From Laetmonice hystrix (lineage: Eukaryota): a stretch of DNA of 64,000 bases. The stretch lies in the NCBI GenBank assembly GCA_965235115.1, contig OZ249436.1:22446001-22510000 (forward strand). Reading direction: 5' to 3'. Position numbers and translations under genes: made by a program. Below, in pieces: positions 33,380-46,866 of the stretch (positions are counted from its first letter, which is position 1; the number at the start of each line of letters is the position of its first letter). The notes under the pieces were generated by a model. It did not search any database, was not told where the DNA came from, and saw nothing but the letters and a program-made list of their open reading frames with translations.

Positions 33380-35660
33380 GTCAATTGAAAGAGCATATAT
33401 GACTTCCTATTAGTGTTTAATAGTAACTATGGCTCTATCTTCAACCATTTACAAGTTATAGCCCTGAGAAAATATGGATGACATCGTTATGACGTCATAG
33501 GTCACGTGACCTGAAAAATAATGATGACAAATGAAAGAGCATATATGACTTCCTATTAGTGTTTAATAGTAACTATGGCTCTAACTTCAACCATTTACAA
33601 GTTATACCCCAGAGAAAATATGGATGACATCGTTATGACGTCATAGGTCACGTGACCTAAAGAACAATGGTGTCAAATGAAAGAGCATATATGACTTCCT
33701 ATTCGTGTTCAATAGTAACTATGGCCCTATCTGGCACCGTTTACAAGTTATAGCCCTGAGAAAATATGGATGACATCATTATGACGTCATAGGTCACGTG
33801 ACCTGAAAAAAAACGGTGCCAAATGAAAGAGCATATATGACTTCCTATTCGTGTTCAAGAGTAACTATGACGCTAACTTCAACTGTTTACAAGTGATAGC
33901 CCTGAGAAAATATGGATGACATCATTATGACGTCATAGGTCACGTGACCTGAAAAATAATGGTGTCAAGTGAAAGAACATATATGACTTCCTATTAGTGT
34001 TTAATATTAACTATGGCTCTATCTTCAACCATTCACAAGTTATAGCCCTGAGAAAATATGGATGACATTCTTATGCCATCACAGGTCACGTGACCTAAAA
34101 TAATAATGGTGCCACATGAAAGAGCATATATGACTTCCTATTCATCTTCAATAGTAGACTAAGTATGACTCTAACTTCAACCATTTACAAGTGATGGCCC
34201 TGAGAAAACATGGTTGACATCATTATGACGTCATAGGTCACGTGACCTGAAAAACACTAGTGTCAAGTGAAAGAGCATATATGACTTCCTATTAGTGTTT
34301 AATAGTAACTATGGCTCTATCTTCAACCATTTACAAGTTATAGCCCTGAGAAAATATTGATGACATCGTTATGACGTCATAGGTCACGTGACCTAAAATA
34401 ATAATGGTGCCACATGAAAGAGCATATATGACTTCCTATTCATCTTCAATAGTAGACTAAGTATGACTCTAACTTCAACCATTTACAAGTGATGGCCCTG
34501 AGAAAACATGGTTGACATCATTATGACGTCATAGGTCACGTGACCTGAAAAACACTAGTGTCAAGTGAAAGAGCATATATGACTTCCTATTAGTGTTTAA
34601 TAGTAACTATGGCTCTATCTTCAACCATTTACAAGTTATAGCCCTGAGAAAATATTGATGACATCGTTATGACGTCATAGGTCACGTGACCTAAAATAAT
34701 AATGGTGCCACATGAAAGTGCATATATGACTTCCTATTCATCTTCAATAGTAGACTAAGTATGACTCTAACTTCAACCATTTACAAGTGATGGCCCTGAG
34801 AAGACATGGTTGACATCATTATGACGTCATAGGTCACGTGACCTGAAAAACACTAGTGTCAAGTGAAAGAGCATATATGACTTCCTATTAGTGTTTAATA
34901 GTAACTATGGCTCTATCTTCAACCATTTACAAGTTATAGCCCTGAGAAAATATTGATGACATCGTTATGACGTCATAGGTCACGTGACCTAAAATAATAA
35001 TGGTGCCACATGAAAGAGCATATATGACTTCCTATTTATCTTCAATAGTAGACTAAGTATGACTCTAACTTCAACCATTTACAAGTGATGGCCCTGAGAA
35101 AACATGGTTGACATCATTATGACGTCATAGGTCACGTGACCTGAAAAATAATGGTGCAAAATGAAAGAGCATATATGACTTCCTATTAGTGTTTAATAGT
35201 AACTATGGCTCTATCTTCAACCATTTACAAGTTATAGCCCTGAGAAAATATTGATGACATCGTTATGACGTCATAGGTCACGTGACCTAAAAAATAATGG
35301 TGTCAAATGAAAGAGCATATATGACTTCCTATTCGTGTTCAATAGTAACTATGACCCTATCTGGCACCGTTTACAAGTTATAGCCCTGAGAAAATATGGA
35401 TGATATCGTTATGACGTCATAGGTCACGTGACCTAAAAAATGATGGTGTCAAATGAAAGAGCATATATGACTTCCTATTCGTGTTCAATAGTAACTATGA
35501 CCCTATCTGGCACCGTTAACAAGTTATAGCCCTGAGAAAATATGGATGACATCATTATGACGTCATAGGTCACGTGACCTGAAAAATAATGGTCCCAAAT
35601 GAAAGAGCATATATGACTTCCTATTCGTGTTCAATAGTAACTATGGCCCTAACTGGCATT
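33380..35660. repeat. ~146-150-bp satellite array inside a HINE, with a 298-bp dimeric higher-order repeat at ~34100-35200
   Basis: The anchor atatgacttcctatt recurs every ~146-150 bp. The variant aatagtagactaagtatgac recurs every 298 bp. Confidence 0.9.
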
Positions 35661-36649
35661 GTTCAGAAGTTATAGCTATAGATAGCTAAACTGGCCACTG
35701 TTGAAAACTTCAGGGTCACGTGATTCATCGAATATAGGTCAAATCGCTTATCTTTGGATGATTCTATTAAAACCCTTGTTAGAGAGTGTTCCTGTCCAAT
35801 ATTATCAAATTTTACCAAAAAATTAAGAAGAAGAAGCGATTTAAGCGATTTGTGACCTAGGACCCAGTTCTCCCTAAGGTCAAAGGTCAAAGGTCAAATG
35901 AAGGGTCAGTTTTAGGCTAGACCCTTGCCTGATCATAACGCCATGATATATCTTGGAAATTCCAAATATGAACTTTGAAAATGGCCCTCAATATCCCAAA
36001 CACGTTTGACGTCATGACGTCATGACGTGACGTCACGTGACGTCATGACTGATTGTGTGACCTAACTTTGTCATGGTCAAGATCTCTGCCAAGTTTGATT
36101 GAGATATCTTGAAAAATGACTGAGATAGAGGTACTGTTTACAACTACAACAACTACTACTACTACTACTACTACAACGCAAAAAATAATAATAACTAGTT
36201 GCGAGGTGCCCAGGGCACAGGTATCCCATTCACCATTCAATGGTGTTAAAATCGGAAATTAGGTCAACTTGGCCGCCATCTTGGATTTTCAAATTCAGTT
36301 CAAATGGGTCAAGTTTTCCATCCTAACCCCAATGGTGAAAACCAGACGTTGATATCTTTAACCGTTTTAGAGATATCAATGATTTTTGGTTGAAAATGAC
36401 TTAAAAGGGCCAACTTTGAAGAGCCATAACTTGGAAACTATTGATTTTAGGGGAGCCATCTTGGTGTCAGAGACAGCTGACCCATTACCCAATCCAATGG
36501 TGTTAAAATAAAAAATTAGGTCAACTTGGCCGCCATCTTGGATTTTTCAAATTCAAGGAAAATTGGTCAAGTTTGCCATCTTAACCCCAATGGCGAAAAC
36601 CAGACGTTGATATCTTTAACCGTTTTAGAGATATCAATGATTTTGGGTC

Positions 36650-37600
36650 ACATAGGGTCACGTGACCTAAATAAAAATGGTACCATTTGAAAGGCCATAT
36701 ATGACTTCCTATCTGTCTTCAATAGTAACTATGGGCCTATCTGGCTCTGTTTCCAAGTTACTGCTAGCTGAAAACACTGATGACGTCATACAGCCATGTA
36801 GGGTCACGTGACCTAAATAAAAATGGTGTCATTTGAAAGGCCATATATGACTTCCTATCTGTCTCCAATAGTAACTATGGGACTATCTAGCTCTGTTTCC
36901 AAGTTACTGCTATCTGAAAATATCGATGACGTCATAGGGTCACGTAGGGTCACGTGACCTAAATAAAAATGGTGTCATTTGAAAGGCCATACATGACTTC
37001 CTATCTGTCTTCAATAGTAACTAAGGGCCTATCTGGCTCTGTTTCCAAGTTACTGCTAGCTGAAAATACCGATGACGTCATAGGGTCACGTAGGGTCACG
37101 TGACCTAAATAAAAATGGTGTCATTTCAAAGGCCATACATGACTTCCTATCTGTCTTCAATAGTAACTAAGGGCCTATCTGGCTCTGTTTCCAAGTTACT
37201 GCTAGCTGAAAATACCGATGACGTCATAGGGTCACGTAGGGTCACGTGACCTAAATAAAAATGGTGTCATTTGAAAGGCCATACATGACTTCCTATCTGT
37301 CTTCAATAGTAACTAAGGCTTTATCTGCAACCATTTACAAGTTATGACCCTTAGAAAATCTAGGTGACCTCATTATGACGTCATAGGTCACGTGACCTTA
37401 AAAATAAAGGTCTATAATGAAAGATCATATATGACTTCCTATTAGTGTTCAATAGTAACTATAGCTCTATCTTCAACCATTTACTAGTTATAGCCCTTGG
37501 AAAATATAGGTGACCTCCTTATGACGTCATAGGTCACGTGACCTGAAAAAATATAGTGCCAAACGAAAGAGGACATATGATTTCCTATAGATGTTCTATA
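36650..37600. repeat. Related ~146-bp satellite array in the third nested HINE
   Basis: Repeated ggtcacgtgacctaaataaaaatggtgtcatttgaaaggccata. Confidence 0.85.
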
Positions 37601-40600
37601 CTAACTTTAGCTCCATCTCCTATGGTTTCTGAGTTATACCACTTCATGGCATTATGACCCAATATTCAGAAGTTTGAGGTCACGTGACTCAGTAAATATA
37701 ATAAAAATCAAAAAATCCTTTTAGATTCTTAAGGGCATTACTACTGGGCATCTTTTGGTGAAAGTCTCATCCAAATCGGATAATATTTGAGTGAGGAGTA
37801 GGGATTTAAGTGATTTTCACACTTTGACCTTTATTCCATAAAGGTCAAAGGTCAAAGGTCAAATTTCATGACGCCATGTTAGCAGGGCCTTGGGCAATCA
37901 TTCTGGTATATAGAGTTTTTCAAAAGTCCCAATTTCCTATAAAAGAGAGGCCAATATATCTGGAACCGTTTTTACGTCATTACGTCATGACGTAACGTCA
38001 TATGACGTCATGGGTCACATGGCCAACTCAACTTGCCATGGTCGACCTATGTGCCAAGTTTCATTGAGATATCTTGAAAAATAATACCAATTAGGGGTAC
38101 AAAGTTAACAACTACTACTACTACGGGTATAACTAGCCCGACTGATTGCTAAAGCAATACAGGGATCCCTTCCCCTAACTTGTTTGGTGAGGGGAGAGTA
38201 AGGCGACGTGAGAAATCTTAGTGCCAATTGAAAGAGCAAGTGGCCAAATCCTGGCAACTGAAAGAGCATCTATGAGTTCCTATTCGGGTTCAATAGTAAC
38301 CATGATCGTATCTAGCACCGTTTAGGAGTTACAGGCCCCTGAAAATCCTTAGAAAATGGCAATGACGTCATTATGGCGTCATACGTGATGATAGGTCAAA
38401 AATGTTGGTGGCATTCGAAAGAGCATATATGACTTCCTATTTATGTTCAATAGTAACCATGGCTCTATCTTACACCGTTTCAGAGTTACCGCCATTTGTT
38501 TCTCAAAAATGGCTATGACCCAATTTCGATGTCACATGGTATGCTAAAAATAGTGCACAGCCCTTAGTCTGATCCCGGGGATCTGGGAAACCCCATTGAG
38601 ATTCCCTAGTATCAATTTGGGCTCGATTTGTCAAAAATTGTTGGAGGAGAGGCGAATAGTCACATTTTGAGCTGTGACCTACATTTCAAGAAGGTCAAAG
38701 GTCAGAGGTCAAATAGATGAATAAAATTATTCCCTCTCAAGTGGCAAGCTAAGTGCTTTGAATGAATTTTCTCTAACTGATCATGGGACTGGTACAATGA
38801 GACACAATGAGGTACTTTCCAAAACACCAAATTACGTCATTACGTCACGTCATATGACGTAAATCTTGGTGTCATTTGAAAGAGCATCTATGAGATCCTA
38901 TTCGTGTTCAATAGTAACTATGACCCTATCTAGCACAGTTTAAGAGTTATAGGCCTCTGAAAATGCCAATGACGTCATTATGACGGTAAACGTCACATGA
39001 CGTCATAAATCTTGGCGTCAATTGAAAGAGCATATATGACTTCCTATTCATGTTCAATAGTAACCATGGCTCTATTTTACACGGTTTCAGAGTTACAGCC
39101 ATTTGTTTCGCAAAAATGGCTATGACCCAATTTCGATGTCACGTGGTATGCTAAAAATAGGGCACAACACCTAGTCTGATCCCGGGCCTCTGGGGAATCC
39201 TATGGAGATTCCCTGGTATGAATTTGGGCTCGATTTGTCAAAAATTGTGAGAGGAGTATTGAAATAGTCACATTTTGACCTGTAACCTAGATCTCAAGAA
39301 GGTCAAGGGTCAGAGGTCAAATTGATAAATAAAATAATTCCCCCTCGAGAGGCAAGCTGGGTGCTATGAATGAATTTTCTCTAACTGATCACGGGACTGG
39401 TACAATGTGGTACAACGAGGTACTTCCCAAAACATCAAATTACGTCATGACGTCAGGTCATATGACGTAAATGTTGGTGTTATTTGAAAGAGGATCTATG
39501 AGTTCCTATTCGTGTTTAATAGTAACTATGGTCCTATCTAGCACCGTTTAGGAGTTACAGACCTCTAAAAATCCTTAGAAAATGTGAATGACGTCACTAA
39601 CGTCATAGTTCATAGGTAAAAATGTTGGTGTATCTATGACTTACTATTCATGTTCAGTAGTAACCATGGCTCTATCTTAGACCGTTTCAGAGTTAGTCAT
39701 TTGTTTCTCAAAAATGGCTATGACCCAAATTCAATGTCACATGCCATTTCTCTAGTTTCAAAGTTTAGCACCAGGTCGCAGCACGCCTCGGCAATATCCC
39801 GGGTCAGGGGCTGCTGTGGGAGGAAGGGGGTCCCCGATATGCTAGTCCCAATATGCGGCAGGTAGGGGGTCCCTCATATTTAATAGGCCTATTGAGTGAG
39901 GAAGTTCTAGTCCCAATAGATATGGGGAAGGTAGGGTGTCCCTGATATTTAGCCGACATATTGATATGTGACCATCCCTGGCCCAGATATTCTCAATTCA
40001 ATACAATACAATATGTTTATTCACAACCTCGATGGAGGCAAAGGAACAGGGTCAGGGATTGTATAGTATAGTAGCACTGCTCACTCCATCTGCCGCCGCC
40101 AGGGCCCGGCCCCCTAGCGTGAGGACAGTGTGTAGTCGAGACGTGCTGCTACCTGGTGTCAAACTTCGCCCCCCCCCCCACGGTTGATTGTGTGCTAACG
40201 AGATGGGATTTTATTTCTCACTCTAGTCATTTCCTTAGCCAAAACGCAGCCATACTTTTCCAAACGTTACACACAAGGAGCTATAAATGTTTAATCTATA
40301 CATCGACTTTCAAGGCATAAGTCTACATTAAATATTTACAAAGACAGGCATGAGTAGCAATTCAAAGTAATACCAGCAGGTAACGTGATAGCTCTTCACA
40401 AGAGTCTATGCTTGATGTGCGACAGGTCTAGCGTTCGATTCCCCATCAAGTCATTTGCTGTTTTCGTTTTGATGTTTTTTTTTCGACTGAATTTGAAAAA
40501 TATTATGTTTCTCCCCTTGACAATTGCCAGTCGTTCGGCTACAGATAATTTACAGCTATATTTCACGTTTAATGACGAAATATACAGCATTACGCCACTG

Positions 40601-43600
40601 TCTGCAGTGTGGACTAGTAATACTAGTCTCCATACTAGTAGTATGGAGAACGCCATTAGATTTAACCAAAGATCTATGAAAATAGCTTCGGTCTTCACAT
40701 GGCGAGTTCCATTCCGAGACTTGGAATCTTCTCTTCAAAGTTGCCTGACATTGAGCTAAATATGTCCCTGAAGTACTCCCCTATTTATAGATAGAAACAT
40801 TAGATACTTATTCATACAGAGGCCGGTCGGCTCAGTGCCTGCAGTCGGCCCCTTCCAGCGGACAACGAGCGGTGACCCGACGTCACTCACGAAAGAGGTT
40901 TCTAGGTCACTCGATCAGTGGTCAAATTGCCTGTCTCTCTTTACGACCTTCTCTTATATAATTGATCTCCGTGTTGTTAATTATATATTTTGCCAATTGA
41001 AATTTATAATATCTTAAAGTAGACAGTTTAAAGTCCACACCGTGTAAATATTAAAACGCTGAGCTTATTGTCCTGTAGTTGAGAAGTGCCCCAAAGTAAA
41101 GAAGAGATCACGTTGCAGATGACGTTGTAGATGACGTCACAGGTCACGTGGCACCAAAAATATGGTACCTAATTAAAGTAGACATAAACCTTTATGAGGT
41201 TCATTTAAAATTATGGCTCTATCTCAAATCATTCATGAGTTACAGCACAAAATCTTCCAAATGACCCAAGTCAAGCTCAAGTTCAAAACTTTCAGGTCAC
41301 GTGGTTCAGCGAAAATAGGTCAAATCGCTTATCCGCCTAGGAATCTGGTTGAGCTGTCCCTAGAGAGTGCCTGTGCGACATATTGTCAAGATTTATCCAA
41401 AATTGGGGAAGAAGTAATGATTAAACCGGTTTGCGAGCTAGGGACCAGGTATGTCTAAGTTCAAAGGTCAAAGGTCAAATGAAGGGTCAGTCTTATGCAG
41501 CACCCTTGCCCGACTAAAACGCCTTGACGAGTTTTGGAAATTCCCAAGATGAGGTTCAAAAATGGGCTAAATGTACAAAACACGTTTCACGTCATGACGT
41601 CATGACGTGACGTTACGTGACGTCATGGCGCACCATGAGATCAGAGTTTGTCATCGTCAAGACGTAGCCCAAGTTTCATTGAGATATCTTCAAAAATGAC
41701 TGAGATATACGTATAGGTTTACGACTACTACGACTACTACTACAGGCATAAAAATAAGGAAGACGAAACCAGACAATTTCAAGATCCCTTCCCCTATCGG
41801 GGGAAGGGATAATAATAATAAAAAGGAAGACGAAACCATACAATTTCAAAATCCCATTCCCCCAAGGGGGTGAATGGGATAATAATAGGGAAGACGAAAC
41901 CACACAATTTCTAAATCCCATCCCCTGGATAGGGGATGGGATAATAATAATAGGGAAGACGAAACCGTACAATCTGAAGATCCCATCCCCCTGTAGGGGA
42001 TGGGATAACAAGCTTGTGAAGCTTATAGCCCCCACCAAGAACTATGGATTCTTGAAGAAACGATGCACGACTTCAATTGATCTTTAAAGGGCAAAGAAAA
42101 TATTGCCAAAGGAAACTTCGTATGTACTTCGTTCGCATCTTATAGTAACTATGCAGTTATGTACAATTTGATAGTGTTATCCGACGTGAAGTGTTTTGTC
42201 TAGATACAGGCAATTGCAAATATGCTTGACCTTGATTGACCTTTAGAGGTTAGTTAAATTCATGGAAATTCATGATTTTCTCTCTCAATTTTTACTAATA
42301 TTAGTAAATTTCACCAGACCCCGTCAGAGTCACAGCCCACCAACTGAGTAGGGACTAATTATCTGTGGGTCCATGAACTCTGTGTACTTTTGGCACGCTT
42401 GTTGCCCCTCATGCCTTCTGTCACCAAGAAAGAAGGACAGAAAATGTCAGAGTTATTGTTTCGAATTTTTTCATATCCAGGATGGCCACCAAGCAGCCAT
42501 TTTTTTTAATGATATGTTTGACCTGTGTCCTCCTTAGACTGTCCCTGGTTATTATGTAATATTGCATGCAAGATTAGATCTTGTTATCTTCAACTGATTT
42601 GGAGGTACAGGCCATTAAAATCTGCATGACCTTGATTGACCTTTCAAGGTCGCTCAAGGTCATGGGAAATGGCGCCAAATGAAACTTCATATATGACTTC
42701 CTATCTGTCAATAATAGTAACTATTGCCTTATCTTGCACCGTTGTCGCGATACGAGCCAAAACAGTGTTATGGGGGAGTAAAAATATTACTGTGACCGCC
42801 ATGTTGCTATATTTGCTCTGATCTGGGAATACATTGGCATATTCATTGCCCCTCATATGCACCTTCTTTCTACCAAATTTGAAAGAAATCGGGATCGTTT
42901 TGTCTGAGTTATTGCTCCAAATGTGATTATATCCAAAATGGCCACCACGCGGCCATTTTGACTGATGTCAAAAATATCTTTGACCTGCCTTTACCTTGGA
43001 CTGTACCTGATCATTATGTAATGTTTCATGCAAGATTATGTTGTTATCGTTAAAGATCCAGGCTATTGAAAATCTGCATGACCTTGATTGACCTTTAAAG
43101 GTCGCTCATGGTCATGGAAAATGGCGCCAAATGAAACTTCATATATGACTTCCTATCTATCAATAATAGTAACTGTTGCGTCATCTTGCACCGTTTTCGA
43201 GATATAAGCCAAAACAGTGTCACTGTGGGGGTCAAGAAACAAATATGGCCGCCATGTCGCCATTTTGAATCTGAATTGAAATTGTATTGCGATGCATATT
43301 GGCCATCATTATGCCTCCTCCCTGGACCAGGTTTGAAAGAAATCGTGACTGTTTTGGCTGAGATATTGATGAAAATGTGTTTACATCCAAGATGGCCGCC
43401 AAGCAGCCATTTTTGAATTATATCAAAAATCTGTTTGACGTGCATCATACTCAGATCATCCCTGATCATTGTGTGAAGTTTCAAAGAAATCGACCCATAC
43501 ACTTCTGAGAAATCGCTGTCTACGGACATACGAACGAGCAAGAACAAGCATGTGTCAAGGGGGTATTCCCGGAATTCCCCTCCTGACGTCACTATTCAGT

Positions 43601-43795
43601 TCATTCAACTGGTTCCCGGTTGTCTTACCCAGGGTCGACGAGGAACGATTTTCCAATATGTAACGATTTTGATTTTCTTCAACGATGCACTTTATGAAAC
43701 GGAACCGACGATATATCGTAACGATTATCGTTCCTGCTACGATTTTTTAAGAATTATCGTTTTTTTTTGGTCGTGGTTTATGAAACAGGGCCCTG

Positions 43796-46700
43796 GGCCC
43801 TGTTTCATAAAAAATCTTACATTTTAGATTTAATCATATTGTCGATATACGATAGATTCTGTTTCATAAAAGATCGTTCTTGTCGAAGAACGATAAATTT
43901 GTCACGACCAAATGAAAAATCGCTCAAGTGTTTCATAAAATTGTTCTTGGCTTTTTTTCAATCGTTATTTCCTCGAAAATAGTCGTTGGCCACGACCACC
44001 CCGAGGGTTGTCGTAGGATAATATAAAAACACGAAATGAGTGAATTTTGGCGAAATTTTACTACAACCGTCATTTATGGAGAGGAGAAGGAGGCGTCGGT
44101 GGTTCTTCGCGTGAATAAACCCAATTAAACTAGGTTTTACGGTGACTTATTCGTGAAACATATCGTTATTTCATCGAAAAAAAATCGTTGGCCACGACCA
44201 CACCGAGGGTTGTCGTAGAATAATATAAAGGCGCGAAATAAGTGAATTTTTGCGGAATTTTACTTCAACCGTGAATTATGGAGTGGACAAGGAGATGGTT
44301 CTTCGCGCGAATAGACCCAATTAATAGGTTTTACGGCGACTTATTTGGGAAACGGTATCGGCTGGACAAGGAGTCAGTGATCGCCCTTTCAAGAACATAT
44401 GAAGACTCGCCGTTTTGCTCAACGTCCGGCGACCCAAGTAGTATCATGAATATAGTCAAAGCTTGAATTTGTGTAAAGAACCTAACATTTATTCCAAATT
44501 TCCCAAATGTATTACTTAGAAACAAGTAAGGTATACTTCTTTAATAGGGTAATTCTTCTTAAAGTAATTAAGATGCCTATATCAGCTGTGTAGGCCTAAA
44601 ACTAACTCACCAAAAAATATGTTAATAACCCCTTCCTCATTTTGCAGATGTGTTTGGCCCTGTGCTTCTACGCGACAGGGCCCAACTACAGAGTTTTGAG
44701 CCACCTCTAGGACTTTAGCAAGCCCACCGTTAGCCGGGCCGTAGGGGAGGTGACGGATATTGAGGGAGTCCATACTGTGCCTCTCTCATCTTGTGCTTTA
44801 TCTTGGGAGATGGTGACTTTTTCTTCTCTTTGTGTTCTTTGTGTTCTTTACTGGGAACATCCGGGACATGGGGTTTCTTGTGGAGGGCAAAACATAAGAC
44901 ATCTATGCCTACAATGTAGGCCTACATGATTTTATCCTTTATTTACCGGATAACAAGCACTAAGTCTTAGTACTAGCCCTAACTAGGTATCTACTATAGG
45001 TCTATACGGTGTAGTGTTTTCCATTCAGCAGAAATACTTGGTCGCCCAACTACTTATGTTTTTTTACCATACCAGCCCATTATAAACAAGCTTGTGAAGC
45101 TTATAGCCCCCACCAATAACTATGGATTCTTGAAGAAACGATGCACGACTTCAATTGATCTTTAAAGGGCAAAGAAAATAAATATTGCCAAAGGAAACTT
45201 CGTATGTACTTCGTCCGCATCTTATAGTAACTATGCAGTTATGTACAATTTGATAGTGTTATCCGACGTGAAGTGTTTTGTCTAGATACAATTGCAAATA
45301 TGCTTGACCTTGATTGACCTTTAGAGGTTAGTTAAATTCATGGAAATTCATGATTTTCTCTCTCAATTTTTACTAATATTAGTAAATTTCACCAGATCCC
45401 GTCAGAGTCACAGCCCACCAACTAAGTAGGGACTAATTATCTGTGGGTCCATGAACTCTGTGTACTTTTGGCACGCTTGTTGCCCCTCATGCCTTCTGTC
45501 ACCAAGAAAGAAGGACAGAAAATGTCAGAGTTATTGTTTCGAATTTTTTCATATCCAAGATGGCCACCAAGCAGCCATTCTTAATGATATGTTTGACCTG
45601 TGTCCTCCTTAGACTGTCCCTGGTTATTATTTAATATTGCATGCAAGATTAGATCTTGTTATCTTCAACTGATTTGGAGGTACAGGCCATTAAAATCTGC
45701 ATGACCTTGATTGACCTTTCAAGGTCGCTCAAGGTCATGGGAAATGGCGCCAAATGAAACTTCATATATGACTTCCTATCTGTCAATAATAGTAACTATT
45801 GCCTTATCTTGCACCGTTGTCGCGATACGAGCCAAAACAGTGTTATGGGGGAGTAAAAATATTACTGTGACCGCCATGTCGCCATATTTGCTGTGATCTG
45901 GAAATACATTGGCATATTCATTGCCCCTCATATGCACCTTCTTTCTACCAAATTTGAAAGAAATCGGGATCGTTTTGTCTGAGTTATTGCTCCAAATGTG
46001 ATTATATCCAAGATGGCCACCACGCGGCCATTTTGACTGATGTCAAAAATATCTTTGACCTGCCTCTACCTTGCACTGTACCTGATCATTATGTAATGTT
46101 TCATGCAAGATTATGTTGTTATCGTTAAAGATCCAGGCTATTGAAAATCTGCATGACCTTGATTGACCTTTCAAGGTCGCTCAAGGTCATGGAAAATGGC
46201 GCCAAATGAAACTTCATATATGACTTCCTATCTATCAATAATAGTAACTGTTGCGTCATCTTGCACCGTTTTCGAGATATAAGCCAAAACAGTGTCACTG
46301 TGGGGGTCAAGAAACAAATATGGCCGCCATGTCGCCATTTTGAATCTAAATTGAAATTGTATTGCGATGCATATTGGCCATCATTATGCCTCCTCCCTGG
46401 ACCAGGTTTGAAAGAAATCGTGACTGTTTTGGCTGAGATATTGATGAAAATGTGTTTACATCCAAGATAGCCGCCAAACGGCCATTTTGAATGATATCAA
46501 AAATCTGTTTGATGTGCATCATACTCAGTTCATCCCTGATCATTGTGTGAAGTTTCAAAGAAATCGACCCATACACTTCTGAGAAATCGCTGTCTACGGA
46601 CATACGAACGAGCAAGAACAAGCATGTGTCAAGGGGGTATTCCCGGAATTCCCCTCCTGACGTCACTATTCAGTTCATTCAACTGGTTCCCGGTTGTCTT

Positions 46701-46866
46701 ACCCAGGGTCGACGAGGAACGATTTTCCAATATGTAACGATTTTGATTTTCTTTAACGATGCACTTTATGAAACGGAACCGACGATATATCGTAACGATT
46801 ATCGTTCCTGCTACGATTTTTTAAGAATTATCGTTCTTTTTTGGTCGTGGTTTATGAAACAGGGCC
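43796..46866 (+). mobile_element. Second non-autonomous Harbinger (3071 bp), tandem to the first
   Basis: Same TIRs; CTG at 43793-43795 and 46867-46869. It lacks the 31710-42008 insertion (empty site tataaacaagctt at ~45081). Confidence 0.88.
44278..44760 (+). pseudogene. Harbinger transposase remnant, second copy
   Basis: RRWFFARIDPINRFYGDLFGKRYRLDKESV and CLALCFYATG...SKPTVSRAV. Confidence 0.7.

Larger units (their letters stand above)
31710..42008 (-). mobile_element. Nest of four Helentron-associated (HINE/DINE-1-like) non-autonomous elements
   Basis: Four stacked 5' hairpin heads at ~42008, 41944, 41882 and 41812. Four 3' ends (subTIR + stem-loop + CTAG) at 38133, 36195, 33141 and 31710. 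(GTA)n microsatellites and internal satellite arrays. Confidence 0.75.
30416..43792 (+). mobile_element. Non-autonomous PIF/Harbinger element carrying a ~10.3-kb nested insertion
   Basis: TIRs GGCCCTGTTTCATAAA / TTTATGAAACAGGGCC, CTG TSD at 30413-30415 and 43793-43795, and transposase remnants. Confidence 0.88.
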
